Origin: Patescibacteria group bacterium AH-259-L07
GTDB lineage: Bacteria > Patescibacteriota > Patescibacteriia > UBA2591 > UBA6264
Direction: 5' to 3'
NCBI GenBank assembly: GCA_027718005.1
Contig: JALLOP010000001.1
Coordinates: 1-39,504, forward strand
Length of the DNA: 39,504 bases
Shown here one piece after another: positions 35,596 to 39,504 of the stretch (position 1 is the stretch's first letter; each line of letters opens with the position of its first letter). Position numbers and translations under genes: made by a program. Below the pieces are notes generated by a model. It worked only from the letters and a program-made list of their open reading frames with translations. It made no database searches and was not told where the DNA came from.

Positions 35596-36871
35596 AGACT
35601 CCTTCATATTCATGCATAGCAATTTGCGCCTGGATTTGCTTTACTGACTCCAATACCACGCTCACCACAATTAATATAGCCGCACCACCAACCACAAATG
35701 TGGTTACGCGAAACACATTTTGCGTAACAATGGGGAGAATTGCAATAATCCCTAATGAAAGGGCTCCTGCGAGCATTATTCTATTACTTACCTTTTTTAA
35801 AAATCCCGCAGTCGGCTGACCTGGCCGAATCCCTGGTACAAACCCACCCTGCTTTTGTAAATTATCAGCAATTTGCGTGGGGTGGAAAATAATGCTGGTA
35901 TAAAAGTACGTAAATGCAACCACAAGCGTAAAATAAAGAAGCCCGTAGATCAGCTGATTTTGATTGATCTGCAATAATATATTACCAAACCCAGCAACAA
36001 ATGATGAACCTGACCGCACCATTAACTGCCCGATTAATCCGGGAAATAATACAATAGAAATCGCAAAAATAATTGGTATCATCCCTGCTTGATTGACGCG
36101 AAGCGGTAAATAGGTATCCGTGCCGCCATACATGCGATTGCCTCGAATACGGCGTGCATACGTTACGGGAATATTACGCTGTCCTTCCGTGATTATGACC
36201 ACACCGGCAATCGTAATTAATGCAAGCCCTGCTAATATTAACCAATTCATAGCTTGTGCTTTTGAAAACGTAACAATAGACTGCTGAAGAGCAATAGGAA
36301 TGCCTTCTACAATACCAGCAAAAATAATTAAGGAAATGCCATTGCCGATTCGTTTTTCTGTAATCAGCTCTCCAATCCACATTAAAAATATCGTTCCCGC
36401 GCTCATTACCATAAGAATGTTGATAAGTTTAAAGGTAGACAAATCTCCAATAATTGGCTGAGCAGATTGGCGGAATAGCATAATTAACCCATATGATTGA
36501 AGCAGTGCCAAGGGCACGGTTAATATGCGAGAATACTGATTAATTTTTGCCTGTCCAGATGAGCCTTCTTTACTTAATTCTTCTAATCGGGGAACCACCA
36601 TGGTTAACAGCTGCATAATAATAGAAGCAGTAATATAGGGAGCAACGCCCATAGCAACAATGGAAAAATTTTTCATCGCACCCCCTGATAAAATATTTAA
36701 CATGCCCAGCAATTCATTTTGAGCAAAAAAATCTTTCAAGTTTGCTATATTCGCACCAGGAACAGGAATGTGCGCCGCAACTCTAAAAACTATCAGCATA
36801 CCCATTACAAAAAGCAGGCTATTGCGTAAATCTTTAATTTGAATAATTTGTCGTATTTTTTCAAACATCAT
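35594..36871 (-). CDS. secY: Preprotein translocase subunit SecY
   Basis: 10-TM pattern, GVAPYITASIIMQLL, GELITE.GIGNG.SLII. The ATG ATG at 36871 is preferred; the longer ORF reads through GC-rich hairpins. Confidence 0.95.
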   Translation of the reverse strand: MMFEKIRQIIQIKDLRNSLLFVMGMLIVFRVAAHIPVPGANIANLKDFFAQNELLGMLNILSGGAMKNFSIVAMGVAPYITASIIMQLLTMVVPRLEELSKEGSSGQAKINQYSRILTVPLALLQSYGLIMLFRQSAQPIIGDLSTFKLINILMVMSAGTIFLMWIGELITEKRIGNGISLIIFAGIVEGIPIALQQSIVTFSKAQAMNWLILAGLALITIAGVVIITEGQRNIPVTYARRIRGNRMYGGTDTYLPLRVNQAGMIPIIFAISIVLFPGLIGQLMVRSGSSFVAGFGNILLQINQNQLIYGLLYFTLVVAFTYFYTSIIFHPTQIADNLQKQGGFVPGIRPGQPTAGFLKKVSNRIMLAGALSLGIIAILPIVTQNVFRVTTFVVGGAAILIVVSVVLESVKQIQAQIAMHEYEGV

Positions 36872-36891
36872 AATTGTCGAAATTTTAGAGC

Positions 36892-36952
36892 GTAGCGAAA
36901 AAGATTTCGCTACAATTATGTGCACCCCGCACTCAACGCGTTGAGCGCGGGG
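36892..36952. repeat. Two GC-rich hairpins at the rplO/secY junction (GTAGCGAAA/TTTCGCTAC, and a 28-nt near-palindrome at 36925-36952)
   Basis: Read directly. The second encodes the last residues of L15 (..APRSTR). Confidence 0.8.
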
Positions 36953-37496
36953 CTGTGATTTTATCTGACAAAATCACATCCTTTCCTCCAGCTTTCTTTA
37001 TCATTTTAACAGCTTTATCTGAAAATGCATGTGCAGAAATAGTTAACTTTTTATTAATAGCTTTTTTACCACCCTCCCCAGAACGCTTATAAGGCGCTTT
37101 ACATAAAATTTTAATTCTATTGCGATCATTTTTTATCAGCCCCATTTTTGCCAACTCTTCTGGACCAATAACAATATTGCCATTATTATCTTTTTTAAAC
37201 CCTGTTAAATTCGCTTTGCGACTATTTAGACTGGTGAATTTCTTATCAATGTCTTCGAGATGGACAACTTCTGGCCTTACTGCTTTTGATTTAAATCCGC
37301 GAAGTTTAGGCAAATTTCGTATATTTCGCCTCATTCCTTTTAACTTGAGTCCTTTTTTACCTCCTGATCGAGACCGCTGACCTTTTTGCCCTCTACCAGA
37401 ATACGTGCCATGGCCTGATGCATTACCGCGGCCCAGGCGCTTCTTACGGCCTTGTGATCCTTTTTGAGGTTGTAAATTAGACAAGGTAACTGCCAT
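36933..37496 (-). CDS. rplO: 50S ribosomal protein L15 (extended)
   Basis: LGRGNASGHGTYSGRGQKGQ, and its position between rpsE and secY. Confidence 0.9.
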   Translation of the reverse strand: MAVTLSNLQPQKGSQGRKKRLGRGNASGHGTYSGRGQKGQRSRSGGKKGLKLKGMRRNIRNLPKLRGFKSKAVRPEVVHLEDIDKKFTSLNSRKANLTGFKKDNNGNIVIGPEELAKMGLIKNDRNRIKILCKAPYKRSGEGGKKAINKKLTISAHAFSDKAVKMIKKAGGKDVILSDKITAPRSTR

Positions 37497-37499
37497 ATA

Positions 37500-37979
37500 C
37501 TATACTTTTTTAAATGACTCAAGCGCCTTGAGTGTTGCTCTCACATTATTAATTTTATTTTTTGATCCCAACATTTTAGCAGTAATATTTTTAATACCTA
37601 CTAAGGATAGCACTGTTCGCGCGGCACCACCAGCCACAATACCATGCCCCTTGCGCGCCGGGCGAAGCAGAACACGTGCCGCACCATATTTTGCTATAAC
37701 TTTATGAGGAATGGTATCATTTACCATGTGCACCTTTACTATTTTTTTATTTGCTTTTCGCACTGCCTTTTCAATAGCAATTTGCACATCTGCCCCCTTT
37801 GCTACACCAGTGCCAACCTTTCCTTTCCGATCTCCAATAACAATACAAGCGCGAAAGCTCAAACGCTTCCCACCCTTCATTACCCGTGTTACCCGCGCAA
37901 GATCGACGAGCTGTTGTTCAAACTCGGGCTTTGTTTTTACCTCCCTCATTTGTCTTTTTCTTACTCTTCTTTTTGCCAT
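37500..37979 (-). CDS. rpsE: 30S ribosomal protein S5
   Basis: RVTRVMKGGKRLSFRACIVIGD..GKVG.G.GKA, GGAARTVLSLVGI. Confidence 0.95.
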   Translation of the reverse strand: MAKRRVRKRQMREVKTKPEFEQQLVDLARVTRVMKGGKRLSFRACIVIGDRKGKVGTGVAKGADVQIAIEKAVRKANKKIVKVHMVNDTIPHKVIAKYGAARVLLRPARKGHGIVAGGAARTVLSLVGIKNITAKMLGSKNKINNVRATLKALESFKKV

Positions 37980-38025
37980 AATTTATAGACGCGGATACAG
38001 CTGATCCGCATTTATCCGCGCTTGT

Positions 38026-38385
38026 TTAAAATCGCAAACCGCCTTCCCTGGCTCCATCGGCTACGGCTTTAACCCTGCCATGGTATTTATACCCTCCGCG
38101 GTCAAATACCACACTGGTAATCTTTTTCTTTTTTGCTCTCTCTGCTAAAAGTTTACCTGTCTCATATGAAACTTGTGTTTTTGTTAATTTCTTGTTTTTA
38201 GAACTTACTCCTGCTGTATTTGCGCTAACTAATGTATGCCCGTCATCATCATCTATGAGCTGGGCGTATATATACTTATATGATCTAAAAACACATAGTC
38301 GAGGGCGCTTTTTAGTCCCATAAATCTTAGCTCTTACGCGCCGGTGGCGCCTCATGCGCTTTAATTGTTTTTGGTCAGTAGACAT
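38026..38385 (-). CDS. rplR: 50S ribosomal protein L18
   Basis: [55 protein letters not shown] at 38385. Confidence 0.9.
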   Translation of the reverse strand: MSTDQKQLKRMRRHRRVRAKIYGTKKRPRLCVFRSYKYIYAQLIDDDDGHTLVSANTAGVSSKNKKLTKTQVSYETGKLLAERAKKKKITSVVFDRGGYKYHGRVKAVADGAREGGLRF

Positions 38386-38457
38386 GCAATTCAATTTAAC
38401 ATTTAGTACTTTTAACAACTAAACAAAATTTAAAAATATGGCTATCATTACAATCTT

Positions 38458-38489
38458 TTGTTAAATTGTTAAGTTGTTATCCTGTTATT
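38458..38489. repeat. Octamer array TTGTTAAA TTGTTAAG TTGTTATC CTGTTATT downstream of the rplF stop
   Basis: Read directly, period 8. Confidence 0.8.
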
Positions 38490-38494
38490 TTGAT

Positions 38495-39046
38495 TTATTT
38501 TGCCGTTGCTTTTGCTTTCTTCCCCGCCTTTCTTCGAATAATCTCATCACTATATTTGATTCCCTTGCCCTTATATGGTTCGGGCTTTCTTAATCTTCTG
38601 ATTTGCGCTGCGGTCTCGCCGACCAACTGCTTATCAATCCCCTTTATTATCACAATATTATTTGATTCAATTGTTACCTCAATACCTTGAGGAATTTTAA
38701 ATTCGATCGGATTTGAAAATCCGATGTTTAATACCAAAATTTTGTCTTTAACGCTTGCACGGAATCCTACGCCAACTAACTCTAATCGTTTTTCATACCC
38801 CTCTAGTACGCCATCAATCATATTAGAAATGAGTCGTGCATACGTCCCCCAGAGTGAGCGCTGCCCTTTATTTTCTGAATCTTTCACGCGCACGACGAGC
38901 TGATTTTCTTTTTTCTCAACTGCTACAACACGGGGAAAATTCTGAGTTAATTCACCTTTTGGCCCCTTTATAACGATTGTGTTATCTTTAATGGCTGCTT
39001 CAACGCCTTCAGGAATTGTAATAGGCTGTTTTCCAATTCTACTCAT
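38495..39046 (-). CDS. rplF: 50S ribosomal protein L6
   Basis: MSRIGKQPI.IP.GV...I....I.IKGPKGEL, and the KPEPYKGKGI.Y C-terminus. Confidence 0.95.
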   Translation of the reverse strand: MSRIGKQPITIPEGVEAAIKDNTIVIKGPKGELTQNFPRVVAVEKKENQLVVRVKDSENKGQRSLWGTYARLISNMIDGVLEGYEKRLELVGVGFRASVKDKILVLNIGFSNPIEFKIPQGIEVTIESNNIVIIKGIDKQLVGETAAQIRRLRKPEPYKGKGIKYSDEIIRRKAGKKAKATAK

Positions 39047-39063
39047 ACAAAAGCTTCGCTTTT

Positions 39064-39145
39064 AGTAACTAGTAACTAGTAACTCGTAACTGGTAATTTT
39101 ATTTTAATTTTCTTTTTATTACTGGTTACTGATTACTGGTTACTT
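39064..39145. repeat. Inverted pair of GTAAC-type heptamer arrays (5 units at 39064-39098; 4 inverted units at 39118-39145) around an AT-rich 19-nt spacer
   Basis: AGTAACT x3 CGTAACT GGTAATT ... ATTACTG GTTACTG ATTACTG GTTACTT. Lies between the rpsH stop and the rplF start. Confidence 0.9.
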
Positions 39146-39147
39146 TC

Positions 39148-39504
39148 TTAATATATTTCACAAATTAATTCTCCTCCAATACCTTTTTTATATGCCTCCT
39201 TCCCCACCATTATTCCTTTAGATGTGGAGAGGATAGCAAGCCCAAATCCACCTAATACGAGCGGGGTCTTATCTTTTTTAACGTAGACACGCCTTCCTGG
39301 CTTGCTCACTCTTTTAAGGTTGGTAATTAATGGCTGATTATTATCATCATAGCATAACATTATCTTAAGATGCTTAAACTTTGTTTTTGATTTTGTATTC
39401 AGCGGTTTTTGGCTTATTACTTCTGCCTTTTTAATCCACTTTTCTTTTTCTAAAATCGTAACAATATCAAATTTAATCTTTGAATATGGCATAATCACCT
39501 CTGG
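39148..39504 (-). CDS. rpsH: 30S ribosomal protein S8 (5' end outside the window)
   Basis: ...MPYSKIKFDIVTILEKEKWI...GLAILSTSKGIM...A.K.GIGGE.IC.I.. The usual N-terminal DPIAD..TRIRN block is missing, so the gene continues past 39504. Confidence 0.9.
   Translation of the reverse strand, partial: PEVIMPYSKIKFDIVTILEKEKWIKKAEVISQKPLNTKSKTKFKHLKIMLCYDDNNQPLITNLKRVSKPGRRVYVKKDKTPLVLGGFGLAILSTSKGIMVGKEAYKKGIGGELICEIY

Noticed and set aside
37120-38004. Plus-strand ORFs within rplO and rpsE (37120..37380, 37644..37988, 37711..38004) and 37340..37522 (-).
   Set aside because: They are shadow frames of highly conserved ribosomal protein genes.

Overview
The window is AT-rich, roughly one-third G+C by eye, and almost entirely coding. 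Apart from the first 4 kb, all genes lie on the minus strand. The gene content points to a reduced-genome bacterium, most likely of the Candidate Phyla Radiation (Patescibacteria) type. Supporting this, the ribosomal operon tail runs rpsH-rplF-rplR-rpsE-rplO-secY-adk-map with no L30 gene, AlaRS is short, and there are many small hypothetical genes.

Core genes are recA, ftsK, rpoC, rpoB, murE, scpB, scpA, alaS, ruvX, tRNA-Arg(CCG) and a family-4 glycosyltransferase (MraY/WecA-like).

Accessory content:
- 1-5.2 kb: a decayed, repeat-rich island holding an AlbA_2/HATPase_c_4 protein, a truncated DUF218 gene, an AAA_14/DUF4143 ATPase and a HEPN plus nucleotidyltransferase pair.
- 18.5-24.2 kb: two paralogous modules, each a small protein plus a retropepsin-like aspartic protease. 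They bracket a split PEP-utilising phosphotransferase (ATP-grasp protein, then a protein ending in a swivel-His domain). A 574-aa cysteine-rich zinc-ribbon protein lies next to tRNA-Arg.
- 31.2-33.9 kb: a sucC-like, sucD-like and citryl-CoA-lyase-like operon placed directly after map.

The two most unusual signals are at the nucleotide level:
1. Many short tandem arrays are built from about five heptanucleotide units (35 nt). The unit sequence differs between loci. Most sit at or across stop codons, and three are translated in frame inside murE.
2. Several families of GC-rich palindromic mini-elements occur in intergenic DNA and also in frame inside essential genes (rpoB, rpoC, map, ruvX, a RodZ-like gene, and the rplO tail). 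This resembles Rickettsia palindromic elements.

There are also candidate structured RNAs, including a roughly 200-nt GC-rich element at 2243-2446, a long rpoB leader and an rpoB-rpoC hairpin. All product calls rest on motif recognition by eye. No database search was run.
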